This document shows, in pieces, positions 35,266 to 48,081 of a DNA stretch of 64,000 nucleotides (within the stretch, counting starts at the first letter, position 1; every line of letters starts with the position of its first letter). Source of the DNA: Deltaproteobacteria bacterium (lineage in GTDB: Bacteria > SAR324 > NAC60-12). A program made the translations under genes and the position numbers. The stretch covers positions 2,268-66,267 of the forward strand of contig JAYPUA010000015.1 of assembly GCA_038133845.1 (NCBI GenBank), written 5' to 3'. The notes below the pieces were generated by a model that saw nothing but the letters and a program-made list of their open reading frames with translations, was not told where the DNA came from and made no database searches.

Positions 35266-36759
35266 TCAGGAAGGCTTCACTCCGGAGACACGTCTCACCG
35301 CATCGCGCGAGCCGTGGTGCAGCAGCATCTGGAAAGCTTCCGTTACAGCGGCCGCAAAATCCTCGTCTGCGGCCAGATCCGTACCAAACACCTCGTGCAC
35401 CTGCAACAGCGCCTGTACATAGGCCGGTCCTCGCTCCGGGTGCCACCCCCTCGCATCACACAGTCCCGAAGTCTCGGCAAGCGTCTGGAAGCGTTCAGAC
35501 AGCGGGTCTTGCACCGTGAACTCCTCCTGCTGCTCGCTGCGCCCCGTGACGTAGCGCATCCACCCCGCCACAGCGAGGACAATCCCAGGGCTTGACGCTC
35601 CGGAGCGTCGCCGATCCCGGAGCGTCCCCAGCAGGCGCTGCGGGAGCTTCTGCGAGCCATCCATCGCGATCTGATACAGCCGGTGCCGCAACGCCGGGTT
35701 GGCGTAGCGCTCCAGCAGCGCGTCCCGGTAGGCTGAGAGGTCCGTTCCAGCAGGCATGTTCAGCGTTGGCCGGATCTCCTCGTCCATCATCTTCCGGATC
35801 AACCCGGCAAACTCAGGGGTGCTTACGGCATCGGAGACGAACTCCAGCCCGGCCAAGAACCCGAGATAGGCCAGGGTCGAATGCGTCCCGTTGAGCATCC
35901 GCAGCTTCATGTGCTCGAAGGGCCGGACGTCCTCCACCATCTGTGCTCCGACCTGATTCCACCCGGGCCGGCCTGCGGCAAAGCGGTCCTCGATGACCCA
36001 CTGACGGAACGGCTCACCAATCACCGGACTTGCGTCCTTTCCTCCCAGCAAGCGCTCCACGGCAGCGCGGTCGGCCTCCGTTGTTGCCGGGACGATGCGG
36101 TCGACCATTGTACAAGGGAAGGTCACCTCCTGTGAAATCCACTCCGCCAGTTCCGGACTCTGCAGGCGGGCCAGCTCCAGGGTCAACCCCTGCACCATGT
36201 GGCCATTCTCCGGGAGGTTGTCGCAGCACAGGACGGTGAGCCCGGTGCCTCCAGCCTGGCGGCGGCGGTTCAGCGCCTCAACGATGAGCCCCAGCGCGCT
36301 GTGAGGCGAGCCTGGATCTCTGAGGTCGTGAGCAATGTCCGGATGTTCCGGATTGAGCTTGCCGGTCGCCGGGTCGTGGCAGTAGCCCTTTTCGGTCACC
36401 GTCAGCGAGACGATCCGCGTCTGCGGAGCAGCCATTCGATTCAGGACCGCCTCTGGAGCTTCCAGAGCGAACAGGATCTCCCGGACCGCTCCGATCACCC
36501 GAATTTGGTCCCCGGAGCCATCACGTTCCAGCAGGGTGTAGAGCCCCTGTTGCGGTTGAAGCTGATCACGGATGTCCGGACGCTTCAGGCTGACGCCACA
36601 AATCGCCCAGTCTCCACCGAAGCGCTCCAGCACCTCGTCCGTGTACAGCGCCTGATGCGCTCGATGAAAAGCCCCCAGTCCCAGATGGACGATGCCAATT
36701 TCCGAGGCCTCGCGCTGATAGCGCCGGGCGAAGTGTTCTTGCAGTGCAGCAGCAGTCAT
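35266..36759 (-). CDS. uxuB: D-mannonate (fructuronate) oxidoreductase, mannitol dehydrogenase family
   Basis: IVHLGLGAFHRAHQA, SLTVTEKGY, CCDNLPENG, TMVDRIVP, KLRMLNGTHS and DGSQKLPQR; adjacent to uxaC. Confidence 0.85.
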   Translation of the reverse strand: MTAAALQEHFARRYQREASEIGIVHLGLGAFHRAHQALYTDEVLERFGGDWAICGVSLKRPDIRDQLQPQQGLYTLLERDGSGDQIRVIGAVREILFALEAPEAVLNRMAAPQTRIVSLTVTEKGYCHDPATGKLNPEHPDIAHDLRDPGSPHSALGLIVEALNRRRQAGGTGLTVLCCDNLPENGHMVQGLTLELARLQSPELAEWISQEVTFPCTMVDRIVPATTEADRAAVERLLGGKDASPVIGEPFRQWVIEDRFAAGRPGWNQVGAQMVEDVRPFEHMKLRMLNGTHSTLAYLGFLAGLEFVSDAVSTPEFAGLIRKMMDEEIRPTLNMPAGTDLSAYRDALLERYANPALRHRLYQIAMDGSQKLPQRLLGTLRDRRRSGASSPGIVLAVAGWMRYVTGRSEQQEEFTVQDPLSERFQTLAETSGLCDARGWHPERGPAYVQALLQVHEVFGTDLAADEDFAAAVTEAFQMLLHHGSRDAVRRVSGVKPS

Positions 36760-36762
36760 GAC

Positions 36763-38181
36763 TCACTCAAACAGGTAGGCTCTCTTGACGAGCCGGTAGG
36801 CCAGGTCGATGGCAACCTCGCAGGCTTCCTCCTCGGGCAGACGGTGCTCACAGACCAGTTCGGCCAGGAAGCGACAGTCGATGCGTCGGGCCATGTCGTG
36901 ACGAGCTGGGATCGAGAGAAACGCCCGGGTGTCGTCGTTGAATCCAACTGTGTTGTAGAATCCAGCGGTCTCGGTGGTATGCTTGCGAAAGCGCAACATG
37001 CCTTCCGGGCTGTCGTGGAACCACCACGCCGGTCCCAGCTTGAGGACGGGATAGTGTCCGGCAAGTGGCGCCAGCTCACGGCTGTAGCTGGTCTCATCCA
37101 GCGTGAAGAGGATGATGCTCAGACCAGGCTCATTCCCAAAGCGGTTGAGCAGCGGCTGCAAGGCCTGCACGTAGTCGGTACGCGTTGGAATGTCCGCCCC
37201 CTTGTCACGTCCAAAGCGTTGGAACAGCGGCACGTTGTGATTGCGGAAGGAGCCCGGATGAATCTGCATCACCAGCCCATCCTCCAAGCTCATCCGGGCC
37301 ATCTCCGTGAGCATCTGCCCTCGGAACATCTCGGCCCGCTTCCCGGAGAGTTCACCGGCCTGCGCCTGCGCGAACAGCTTCTCACACTCCGAGGCCTCCA
37401 GGTTGGCCGTCACTGCGCTCGGGTGCCCATGGTCGGTGGAGGTCGCTCCCAGGCTCTTGAAGAACTCCCGGCGCTGCATCAGCGCCTTCAGGTAGCCGGA
37501 CCAAGTCCGTGTGTCCTCTCCGGTCAGCTCTCCCAGACCCTCCACGTTCGCCGCAAAGCCTTCAAACTCCGGGTCCACTACCGGGTCCGGCCGATAGGCT
37601 GTGACCACCCTTCCGGACCAACCCGATTCGCGAATCTTTCGGTGGTGCCTCAATTCATCCAGCGGAGACTCGGTCGTCGCGATCACCTCAATGTTGAAGC
37701 GCTCGAACAGCGACCGCGGGAGAAAGGCCTCTGTGGACAGCTTCGCGTTGACCTCGTCATAGATCGCGTCCGCGTTCTCCGGAGTGAAGGGCAACTCCAC
37801 CCCAAGCACTTCGTGCAGCGCGTGGTCAAACCACATCCGCGACGGGGTCCCCCGGAAGAGAAAGAAGTTCCGGGCAAAGGTGTTCCAGATCTGGCGTCGG
37901 TCCGACTCCACCTCCGTACCGTCCTGCGCCGGAATGCCCAGAGACTCGAGAGAGATCCCCTGACTGTAGAGCATCCGGAAGAGGTAATGGTCCGGAATCA
38001 GAAACAGATCCGTGGCATTCCCAAACGGCGCGTTCTCGGCAAACCAGGACGGGTCCGTGTGACCGTGTGGGCTAACGATCGGAAGATCTCGAACCTCAGC
38101 ATAGAGCCGGCGCGCCACAGCACGCTGATCCGGGTCCGAAGCGAACAGACGATCGGGGTGATTGTAGCGAGATTCAGTCAT
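36763..38181 (-). CDS. uxaC: Glucuronate isomerase
   Basis: LPIVSPHGH, PDHYLFRML, MQIHPGSFRNHN, GADIP, LGPAWWFHDS and FNDDTRAFLSIPARHD. Confidence 0.95.
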   Translation of the reverse strand: MTESRYNHPDRLFASDPDQRAVARRLYAEVRDLPIVSPHGHTDPSWFAENAPFGNATDLFLIPDHYLFRMLYSQGISLESLGIPAQDGTEVESDRRQIWNTFARNFFLFRGTPSRMWFDHALHEVLGVELPFTPENADAIYDEVNAKLSTEAFLPRSLFERFNIEVIATTESPLDELRHHRKIRESGWSGRVVTAYRPDPVVDPEFEGFAANVEGLGELTGEDTRTWSGYLKALMQRREFFKSLGATSTDHGHPSAVTANLEASECEKLFAQAQAGELSGKRAEMFRGQMLTEMARMSLEDGLVMQIHPGSFRNHNVPLFQRFGRDKGADIPTRTDYVQALQPLLNRFGNEPGLSIILFTLDETSYSRELAPLAGHYPVLKLGPAWWFHDSPEGMLRFRKHTTETAGFYNTVGFNDDTRAFLSIPARHDMARRIDCRFLAELVCEHRLPEEEACEVAIDLAYRLVKRAYLFE

Positions 38182-38226
38182 GGGCTCAGCAGAATGTTCA
38201 AGGGTTACAGACACTTTTTCGGTCGA

Positions 38227-38238
38227 TTAATATATCAA
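38227..38238. promoter_or_regulatory. Near-palindromic GntR-type operator upstream of uxaC
   Basis: TTAATATATCAA (minus strand TTGATATATTAA), between uxaC and a GntR gene. Confidence 0.4.
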
Positions 38239-38294
38239 TCCGCCGTTGAGGATAGCGGCAAGTGAAGTGGAGTTCAAGCGCTTCGTGGGCTTTT

Positions 38295-38993
38295 TCAGGA
38301 CGCTGGAGCGTTGAGGCTGGGAATGAGGTTGCGCCGCGACCACTGCACGATGTGCTCATCCAGTTGGGCAACGGCCTCGGAGAGGTGTCCAGAGTGGATC
38401 AACCGGGCGATGTGCACATGCCCGGCAAGCGAGGTTTGGGTGGCTTCGTCCGAGCGGGAGATGTAGTGGCGCAGCGTCTCGATCATGGAGTTGATCTGGT
38501 CGTAGTGCTCGAGCAGGAAGCTGTTGCTGCTCGCGAGGAAGAAGTTCCGGTGAAACTCCGTGTCCAGACGCAGATAGTCTTCACGGTCTTCGGCCCCCTG
38601 ATGCTGCTCCATCTGCTGCAACGTCGCGTTCAGCTGAGCGTCCAGTTGCTCCGGGTTGCGCTCCACCGCATAGCGCAACGCCTGAGACTCCAAGGCAAAA
38701 CGCAGCTCGCAGAAGGCCACCAGTTGCTCCTGGTTCATGGAGAACACCTTGTAGCCCTTGTGCGTTTCCGAAACCACAATCCCTTCAGACTTGAGGACCG
38801 AGAGCGCCTCCCGGACGGGAGTTTTGCTGATCCCCAACGCCTGCGAGAGCGCCACTTCAGTGAGCGGTTGGCCCAGCACCAGCTCTCCCCGGATGATGCT
38901 GTTCCGGATACTTTCCACCGAGGCCTCCACCAAAGACTTCGGACGGTTCTTCAATTCCAGCACTCGTCTCCTCAGAACATCATAAAGCGGCAT
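38295..38993 (-). CDS. GntR family regulator (FCD domain)
   Basis: IIRGELVLGQPLTEVALSQALGISKTPVREAL..L and LDTEFH. Confidence 0.9.
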   Translation of the reverse strand: MPLYDVLRRRVLELKNRPKSLVEASVESIRNSIIRGELVLGQPLTEVALSQALGISKTPVREALSVLKSEGIVVSETHKGYKVFSMNQEQLVAFCELRFALESQALRYAVERNPEQLDAQLNATLQQMEQHQGAEDREDYLRLDTEFHRNFFLASSNSFLLEHYDQINSMIETLRHYISRSDEATQTSLAGHVHIARLIHSGHLSEAVAQLDEHIVQWSRRNLIPSLNAPAS

Positions 38994-39069
38994 CGAGCCG
39001 GATTTCAAAATCGCTCCGGCTCCAAGAAAAACACTTGCGCTTTCCTGAACGCTCCTCAAATATCAGACA

Positions 39070-39079
39070 TCGTATACAA
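39070..39079. promoter_or_regulatory. Putative GntR operator in the divergent promoter
   Basis: TCGTATACAA, one mismatch to the palindrome TTGTATACAA. Confidence 0.4.
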
Positions 39080-39140
39080 TATCTCAAGAAGAAATTCAGG
39101 GAGGAGGATACGAAACCATGCATTCAGGGAGGAGGAGCAC

Positions 39141-40199
39141 ATGAGCCGCAAAGCGCGGATTGCCGTTGTCGGGGCCGGATGGTGGGCCTGTGAGTACCAC
39201 ATCCCGCACGTTCTGGCCAACCCGGATGCCGAGTTGGTGGGCATCTCTCGGCTGGGATCCGAGGAGCTGCAGAGAATCCAGGAGCGATTCGGGATTCCGT
39301 TTGGAACCGAGGACCACACGAAGCTGTACCACCAGTCTCTGGATGGCGTGATCGTCGCTTCCCCTCACGTCCTGCATGCGGAGCATGCGTCCCACGCGCT
39401 GCGGCAGGGCTGTCATGTCCTCGTCGAAAAGCCAATGGCGACCCGGGCCGAGGAAGCTCGCCTGCTGCAGGCGCTGGTGCAGGAGTCCGGCAAAGCGCTG
39501 ATGACCCCGTACGGATTGAATCACACCCACTACATGGAAGCCGCTGCCGACCAGGTGCATTCCGGACGCATTGGCGAGATCCAGCATGCCGTGCTGCACA
39601 TGTCTTCGGCGCTGATGGACCTGTTTGGCGGCGAGCCGATGCTAGAGACCCAGGACCACATGTACCGTCCTCTGGCCTCCACCTGGTCCGACCCTCAGCG
39701 CGCCGGCGGATATGGCTGGGGACAGCTGTCTCACGCACTGGCGGCCTTGTTCTTCGTCGCCCCGCTTGAGCCCCGAAGCGTCCACGCTCACACCGTCCGC
39801 TCCTCAACTGGGGCGGACTACTTCGACGCTGCCGTGGTGCGTTTTCAAAACGGCGCCTCGGCGACTCTCTCCGGAGCGGCCGGTCTCCCCAAGCACGCGC
39901 CTCCCCAACTCGACCTCAAGCTCTACGGCACCGAAGGAATGCTCCTGCTCGATGTCGAGCCTGAGCGTGAGCGCCTGCAAGTCCGACGCTTTGATGAAGA
40001 CGACACCTTCGTGACCATTGAGCGAAACGGAGGGTTCGGATCCTACTCCACCCAAGAGTCCGTGAACCGCTTCATCAGCCTCTGCCTCGGGCAGCCGGCG
40101 CGCAACTGCGGAGATGTCCACGTGGGAGCCCAAACTGTCCGGGTCCTTGAGGCGCTGTATGCTTCGGCACACGCAGGAGAAACCATTGTCTGCCCCTGA
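39141..40199 (+). CDS. Gfo/Idh/MocA family oxidoreductase
   Basis: RIAVVGAG Rossmann motif and HVLVEKPM; strong GGAGGAG RBS before ATG 39141. Confidence 0.9.
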   Translation: MSRKARIAVVGAGWWACEYHIPHVLANPDAELVGISRLGSEELQRIQERFGIPFGTEDHTKLYHQSLDGVIVASPHVLHAEHASHALRQGCHVLVEKPMATRAEEARLLQALVQESGKALMTPYGLNHTHYMEAAADQVHSGRIGEIQHAVLHMSSALMDLFGGEPMLETQDHMYRPLASTWSDPQRAGGYGWGQLSHALAALFFVAPLEPRSVHAHTVRSSTGADYFDAAVVRFQNGASATLSGAAGLPKHAPPQLDLKLYGTEGMLLLDVEPERERLQVRRFDEDDTFVTIERNGGFGSYSTQESVNRFISLCLGQPARNCGDVHVGAQTVRVLEALYASAHAGETIVCP

Positions 40200-40205
40200 G
40201 CGCTC

Positions 40206-41096
40206 ATGAACCTTCAGCAAGAATACATCCAGCAGGGCTTCACCCTCGTTGAGGAGTTGTTTCGGGAGGAGGACGTCCGTGCCCTGCAGCAGGCAACCGA
40301 TGAGTTGATCGAGCGATCTCGGGAGCACACGGCCTCCGACCATCGGTTCGACTTGGAGCCGGATCACTCTCCGGAGCGTCCCCGGGTGCAGCGCATCAAG
40401 GTGCCTCACAAGCAGCATCCGGTCTTTGCAGAGGCCGTGAGGCATCCTGGGGTGCTGAACGTGTTGCGCGAGCTGCTGGGCGAAAACGTACGATTCCGCA
40501 ACAGCAAGCTCAACATCAAGGCGGCTCAAGGCGGCTCGGCTGTGGACTGGCACCAGGACTGGGCCTTCTATCCGCACACCCACTCCGGCTTGCTGGCCGT
40601 GGGGATCATGATTGATGACATTGGGGAGGACAACGCTCCGCTGATGGTGGTTCCGGGCAGCCACCAAGGGCCCGCGCTGAACCACCATTTCAATGGAGTC
40701 TTCAGCGGTTCGGTCAATCCGGAGCAAGAGGGTGTCGACCTCTCTCAGGCAGTCAAGCTCACTGGCCGTGCCGGCTCGGCCAGCTTTCATCACGTCAAGG
40801 CGCTACACGGTTCCAGCCCCAACCACTCGGAGCGTCCGCGGCGTCTCCTGCTCTTTGAATATGCCGCAGCCGATGCCTGGCCGCTGGTTGACTTCGAGGT
40901 GTACGGAGACTTCGCTGAATACGAGGAGAAGATGGTCCTCGGCCACAGCACGTTGCAGCCGCGGTGCGAGCCAGAGCAGATCATCATGCCCTACCCGCGC
41001 CCGCCGAATCCGGACTCGATCTACCGGATACAGGAATTCCGTCGGCAGTCTCTTGGATCGACTGCGGCTCAACCTCTTCATGGAGTGCAATCATGA
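40206..41096 (+). CDS. PhyH family Fe/2OG dioxygenase
   Basis: KLNIKAAQGGSAVDWHQDW, NAPLMVVPGSH and HVKALHGSSPN.S..PR. Confidence 0.88.
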   Translation: MNLQQEYIQQGFTLVEELFREEDVRALQQATDELIERSREHTASDHRFDLEPDHSPERPRVQRIKVPHKQHPVFAEAVRHPGVLNVLRELLGENVRFRNSKLNIKAAQGGSAVDWHQDWAFYPHTHSGLLAVGIMIDDIGEDNAPLMVVPGSHQGPALNHHFNGVFSGSVNPEQEGVDLSQAVKLTGRAGSASFHHVKALHGSSPNHSERPRRLLLFEYAAADAWPLVDFEVYGDFAEYEEKMVLGHSTLQPRCEPEQIIMPYPRPPNPDSIYRIQEFRRQSLGSTAAQPLHGVQS

Positions 41097-41410
41097 GTCA
41101 GAACTTTGCCTGGATCCTTGAAGTCCGTCCCGGCTACGAGGAGGAGTACAAGAAGCGCCATGAAGAAATCTGGCCGGAAATGGTCGAGATGCTCCGCGAT
41201 GCCGGAGTGCGCAACTACTCGATCTTCCGGCACGGCCTGACGCTCTTTGGCTACTTCGAGACCGATGACCTTGAGCAAACCATCGAGGCCATCAACGCGA
41301 GTGACGTCAACCGGCGCTGGGGCGAGTACATGAGCCCGATCATGAAGATCGAGGTCGATCCGCAACGCAACTTTCCCTACCTGCTGCCGTTGCAGTGGCA
41401 CATGGATTGA
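41093..41410 (+). CDS. rhaM: L-rhamnose mutarotase
   Basis: [14 protein letters not shown]...GVRNYSIF...LFGYFE; ATGA overlap with the upstream gene. Confidence 0.85.
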   Translation: MSQNFAWILEVRPGYEEEYKKRHEEIWPEMVEMLRDAGVRNYSIFRHGLTLFGYFETDDLEQTIEAINASDVNRRWGEYMSPIMKIEVDPQRNFPYLLPLQWHMD

Positions 41411-41429
41411 CCCGCCTCTGAGGAAATCT

Positions 41430-42941
41430 GTGAACTCTACCGTCCCTCCCATCCTGGAAGTCCAGGGGCTCTCCAAGCGCTTCGACATGACGCAGGCGCT
41501 ACGAGACGTCTCGCTGCAGCTCCATCCGGGAGAAATTCATGCTCTGGTTGGAGAAAATGGCGCCGGGAAATCGACCCTGATCAAGATCCTCACCGGAATC
41601 CAGGGTGCAGACGAAGGAGAGATGCGACTCGCCGGAAACCCCGTCCGCCTCGCCAACTCCCAAGAGGCTCAGGCGCAGGGAGTCGCGGCAATCTATCAGG
41701 AGCCCATGGTCTTTCCGGACCTGGATGTGGCCGAGAACATCTTCATCAGCCACCGCAACCGAGGAGCCTGGGTCCGCTGGGGCAAGATGTACGAGGACGC
41801 AGAGAAGATCCTCTCCGATCTGGGGATGAACCTGGACGTCCGGGCTCCGGCAAGTGGGCTGACTCTGGCCTCGCAGCAGGCGGTCGAGATCGCCAAGGCC
41901 ATCTCGCTCAACGTCAAGGTGCTCATCATGGACGAGCCCACAGCCTCGCTCTCCAACCACGAGGTCGAGCAGCTCTTCAAGGTTGCCCGCAAGCTGCAGC
42001 AGGAGAACGTCGCGGTGCTCTTCATCAGCCATCGCTTGGATGAGGTCTTTGAGATCGCCGACCGGATCACCGTACTTCGTGACGGACAGCACATCTCCAC
42101 GCGCCCGGTTGCCGAGGTCACACGGGAGAGCCTGATCCAGGAGATGGTTGGCCGGGAGGTCGATCAGTTCTATGCCTCGCGCCAGGCCCGCCAGCGCGGC
42201 AAGCGCCTGCTCTCGGTCCGGAACCTGGGACGCGAGGCCACCTTTTCCGGGATTCAGTTTGACCTGCATGAAGGCGAGGTTCTGGGATTTGCCGGACTGG
42301 TCGGTTCGCGAAGGACCGATGTGGGGCTGGCGCTGTTCGGCATTCAGCCTGCCGACTCCGGAACCATTGAGCTGGAAGGACAGACCGTGACCCTCACCAA
42401 CCCCCGGATTGCCCAGAAGCTGGGGCTGGCGTACATGACGGAAGACCGTCGCAAGCTCGGGCTGGCCATGCCGCTCTCGATCACCTCCAACATCACCCTC
42501 CCGGCTTTGGGACGCTACCTCGCTGGCCTCGGGTTCATCCGGACAGACCAGGAGCGGCAGACCGCGGAAGAATACAAGAGCCGCCTGCAGATCAAGGCAC
42601 CCACGCTTGCCCATGAGGTCGGGAAGCTCTCCGGAGGGAATCAGCAGAAGGTGATGTTCAGCAAGTGGCTCAACACTCAGCCCAAGGTCTTCATTTTGGA
42701 TGAACCCACCCGCGGCATTGACGTCGGGGCAAAAGCCGAGGTCCACGCCATGGTCCGGGAGTTGGCCGAACAGGGGATGGCCATCCTCTGCATCTCCTCG
42801 GACCTCCCGGAGGTGCTGGCCATGAGCGACCGGATCCTGGTGATGCGCGAAGGGCGGCAGATGGGCATTGTCGATGGAGCCACCGCCACCCAGGAATCGG
42901 TCATGTCCCTGGCGATGGGAGAGTCCCGGGAGGCCGCATGA
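41430..42941 (+). CDS. Sugar ABC transporter ATP-binding protein (CUT2, RhaT-like)
   Basis: [26 protein letters not shown] and [13 protein letters not shown]. Confidence 0.93.
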   Translation: MNSTVPPILEVQGLSKRFDMTQALRDVSLQLHPGEIHALVGENGAGKSTLIKILTGIQGADEGEMRLAGNPVRLANSQEAQAQGVAAIYQEPMVFPDLDVAENIFISHRNRGAWVRWGKMYEDAEKILSDLGMNLDVRAPASGLTLASQQAVEIAKAISLNVKVLIMDEPTASLSNHEVEQLFKVARKLQQENVAVLFISHRLDEVFEIADRITVLRDGQHISTRPVAEVTRESLIQEMVGREVDQFYASRQARQRGKRLLSVRNLGREATFSGIQFDLHEGEVLGFAGLVGSRRTDVGLALFGIQPADSGTIELEGQTVTLTNPRIAQKLGLAYMTEDRRKLGLAMPLSITSNITLPALGRYLAGLGFIRTDQERQTAEEYKSRLQIKAPTLAHEVGKLSGGNQQKVMFSKWLNTQPKVFILDEPTRGIDVGAKAEVHAMVRELAEQGMAILCISSDLPEVLAMSDRILVMREGRQMGIVDGATATQESVMSLAMGESREAA

Positions 42942-43965
42942 ACGCGCTGCAGGGACTGCGCCCGGAGAAGCTGCGAGAACTGGTGCTGCTGCTGCTGATC
43001 GTGGCGGTGCTGGTCTTCTTCAGCAGCATGATCGAGAACTACCTCAACGCCCGGCTGTTCAACCGAGTCTCGGCCAGTGTGGCCCTGATGGCGGTGCTGG
43101 CCATCGGGCAGACAATGGTGGTGCTGACACGCAACATCGACCTGTCCGTGGGCTCCATCGTCGGGTTTACCGCCTACTTTGTCGGCCAGCAGCTTTCCCA
43201 GAACAACGAAATGCATCCGGTGCTGGCGATCGTGATGGCCGTGGGGGTCGGGGCCTTGATGGGAGGAATCAACGGGGTCTTGGTGGCTTACTGCCGGATC
43301 CCCTCAATCATTGTCACTCTGGGGACGATGGCGCTCTACCGGACGCTGCTGGTCGAGTACTCCGATGCCCAGACCGTCCTGACGGTCAATCTGCCTCGCT
43401 GGCTGCTCAACCTCCCCAGCCTGAACGTCTTCAGCATCGACCGGCTCCACTTGCGGGTGATGGTGTTGGGCATGATCGCAGTTGTGGTGCTCTTTCAGAT
43501 TCTGCTCAGATACACCTCTTTCGGGCGCAAGCTCTATGCGATCGGCTCCAACCCGGAGGCCGCCAGGATGGCCGGATTTGCAAATCAGCGCATCGTGCTC
43601 TCCGCGTTTCTGCTCTGCGGAGCGCTGGCCGGGCTGACCGGGTTCATGTTCCTCGCACGCTTCGGCAACATCACCGTGGTCGCCGGAATCGGGTTTGAGC
43701 TGAAGTCCGTGGCGGCAGTCGTCGTTGGCGGGGTCAACATCTTTGGAGGCTCCGGAAGCGTGGTTGGAGCGTTCCTCGGTGCCGCCCTGATCGACCTGTT
43801 GGAAAACAGCCTGATCCGCTGGCTCCAGATCAGCGAGTTCTGGCGCGACGCGCTGCTCGGACTGCTGATCCTCACGTCCGTGGCCACCGACAGCGTGATC
43901 ATGAAGCGCTTCCAAGGCTACTGGGCCCGGAAGCAGGCTCAGGCAGTTCCGGAAACTCAGGAGAG

Positions 43966-43969
<4 letters not shown>
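42938..43969 (+). CDS. Sugar ABC permease (RhaP-like)
   Basis: [23 protein letters not shown] and [12 protein letters not shown]. Confidence 0.92.
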
Positions 43970-44931
<962 letters not shown>

Positions 44932-45021
44932 ACTCTTTCGGGAACTTGCCTATGCTGCCATGACTACTCTTGAGCCCCAAACCCACTTTGATTGCAACCC
45001 CTCAAAACAAGGGAAAAACAG

Positions 45022-46059
<1,038 letters not shown>

Positions 46060-46073
46060 GCCTGCCCACTCAC

Positions 46074-46093
46074 GCGGGGGTTTCGGCCCCCGC
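46074..46093 (+). terminator. Stem-loop after the binding-protein gene
   Basis: GCGGGGG-TTTCGG-CCCCCGC; weak U-run. Confidence 0.45.
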
Positions 46094-46122
46094 CTTCACT
46101 CCGAAACAAACAGGAATGTCAC

Positions 46123-46875
46123 ATGAATCAGATTGATCTGAAGGGGAACCGGGCGGTCGTGACCGGCGCGGCTCAAGGAATCGGCCTGGCCGTCACTCGG
46201 CGCCTGCTGGCCTCCGGGGCAAGCGTGAGCCTCTGGGACATGGATGCCGAACAGCTTCAGGCAACCATGGTCGAGTTGGGGGTTCCGGAGCAGACGGATT
46301 CCCAGGTCGTTGACGTGTCGGATCTGGACTCGGTGGAGAACGCTGTCGCCGGGACAAAGGCACGGTTCGGAGGCGTGGACATTCTGGTCGCCAATGCCGG
46401 AATCGCCGGCCCCAACCACAAGCTCTGGGAATATCCGGTGGAGGCGTGGCAGCAGGTGATGGACATCAACATCAACGGTGTGTTTCACTGCAGCCGGGCC
46501 ATTGCGCCGCTGATGGTCGAGCAGAAGTACGGGCGTATCGTCAACGTCGCTTCGATCGCGGGAAAGGAAGGCAACCCAAACGCTTCCGCCTACAGTGCCT
46601 CCAAGGCCGCAGTGATCGCCATCACCAAATCCCTCGGCAAGGAGTTGGCTGGCTACGACATCTCTGTCAACTGCATCACGCCTGCCGCCGCACGGACCCG
46701 GATCTTCGACCAGATGACGCAGGAGCACATCGACTTCATGCTCTCCAAGATTCCCCGCAACCGTTTCCTGGAAGTCGATGAGGCCGCGGCCCTGGTGACG
46801 TGGCTGGTCTCCCGAGAGAACTCCTTCACCACCGGAGGCGTCTTTGACCTCAGTGGAGGACGAGCCACCTACTGA
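46123..46875 (+). CDS. SDR family dehydrogenase, possibly 2-keto-3-deoxy-L-rhamnonate dehydrogenase
   Basis: TGAAQGIG, YSASK, GKEGNP and SGGRATY; adjacent to the rhamnonate dehydratase. Confidence 0.8.
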   Translation: MNQIDLKGNRAVVTGAAQGIGLAVTRRLLASGASVSLWDMDAEQLQATMVELGVPEQTDSQVVDVSDLDSVENAVAGTKARFGGVDILVANAGIAGPNHKLWEYPVEAWQQVMDININGVFHCSRAIAPLMVEQKYGRIVNVASIAGKEGNPNASAYSASKAAVIAITKSLGKELAGYDISVNCITPAAARTRIFDQMTQEHIDFMLSKIPRNRFLEVDEAAALVTWLVSRENSFTTGGVFDLSGGRATY

Positions 46876-46887
46876 CCCCGGAGCCTT

Positions 46888-48081
46888 ATGGAAACCACAA
46901 CCATCAAAGATGTCCGGGCCTATGTTCTTGAGCAGAAGGGCTCCGGAGGCGACTACCACGACCGGGAAGCCGGGCACTGGCTGGTGGACTCGCTGATTGC
47001 CACCCCAATGTCCGGATACCCGGACTACCGGGCCTCCCGGACCAGCTTTGGCATCAACGTGATGAACAGCATCGTCGTGGAGATCGAGACCTCCAACGGC
47101 GTCCTGGGGGTCAGCGCCGGGCAGGGGGGCGCTCCAGCCTGCTACATCATCGAGAAGCACTTCAAGCGCTTCCTCTTGGGGAAGGACCCTCGGCAGGTCA
47201 ACTTGTTCTGGGACGAGATGTTCCGGGCCAGCCTGTACTACGCCGGGAAGGGCGTGCCGCTGTGGGCCTTGAGCGCTGTGGATCTTGCGCTCTGGGACAC
47301 GCTGGGCAAGCTCCGAGAAGAGCCCATCTACCAGATGATCGGTGGAAAGGTCCGTGACGAAATCTCGCTCTACTGCACCGGGGTGCGCCCGGATGTCGCC
47401 CAGGCGAACGGATTCATCGGCGGGAAGATGCCGCTCTCTCACGGCCCGGCAGATCGGCTGGAGGGGCTCAGTGCAAACTACGAGATGTTCCGGGACATGC
47501 GGGAGAAGGTGGGACCGAACTTCATGCTGATGGCAGATTGCTGGATGGCACTGGATGTTCCGTATGCCACGGAGCTGGCTCACACGCTCCGGGATCTCAA
47601 GCTCTACTGGCTGGAGGAGGTGCTGCCGCCCTACGACTTCGACGGACACACCCTGCTCAAGCAGCGCGTCCCGTGGATGCGCTGGACCACCGGCGAGCAT
47701 GAGTACACGCGCTACGGCTTCCGCAAGCTGATCGAGAGCCGGGCCGTGGACATCCTGCAGCCGGATGTGATGTGGTGCGGCGGGCTGACCGAACTGCTCC
47801 GGATCTCGGCCCTGGCCGCTGCCTATGACATCCCGGTGGTTCCGCATGGCAGCGGCGCATACAGCTACCACTTCGTGATCACCCAACCGCACTGCCCGTT
47901 CTGCGAGTACCTGAACACCAGCCCGGACTGCCTCTCGTTCCCGGCGGTCTTCGGAAACATGTTCACCAACGAGATCCTTCCGGATCAGGGGAAGATCCGT
48001 CTTGGCGATGAACCCGGCTGGGGGCTGACCCTCAATCGAGAGGCCTTGAGCCTGAAACGTCCTCATGCGGAGGAAGCATGA
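46888..48081 (+). CDS. rhmD: L-rhamnonate dehydratase (enolase superfamily)
   Basis: HW...IATPMSGYPDYRASRTSFGINV, LMADCWMAL, WLEE, TGEHEYTRYGF and QPDVMWCGG. Confidence 0.88.
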   Translation: METTTIKDVRAYVLEQKGSGGDYHDREAGHWLVDSLIATPMSGYPDYRASRTSFGINVMNSIVVEIETSNGVLGVSAGQGGAPACYIIEKHFKRFLLGKDPRQVNLFWDEMFRASLYYAGKGVPLWALSAVDLALWDTLGKLREEPIYQMIGGKVRDEISLYCTGVRPDVAQANGFIGGKMPLSHGPADRLEGLSANYEMFRDMREKVGPNFMLMADCWMALDVPYATELAHTLRDLKLYWLEEVLPPYDFDGHTLLKQRVPWMRWTTGEHEYTRYGFRKLIESRAVDILQPDVMWCGGLTELLRISALAAAYDIPVVPHGSGAYSYHFVITQPHCPFCEYLNTSPDCLSFPAVFGNMFTNEILPDQGKIRLGDEPGWGLTLNREALSLKRPHAEEA

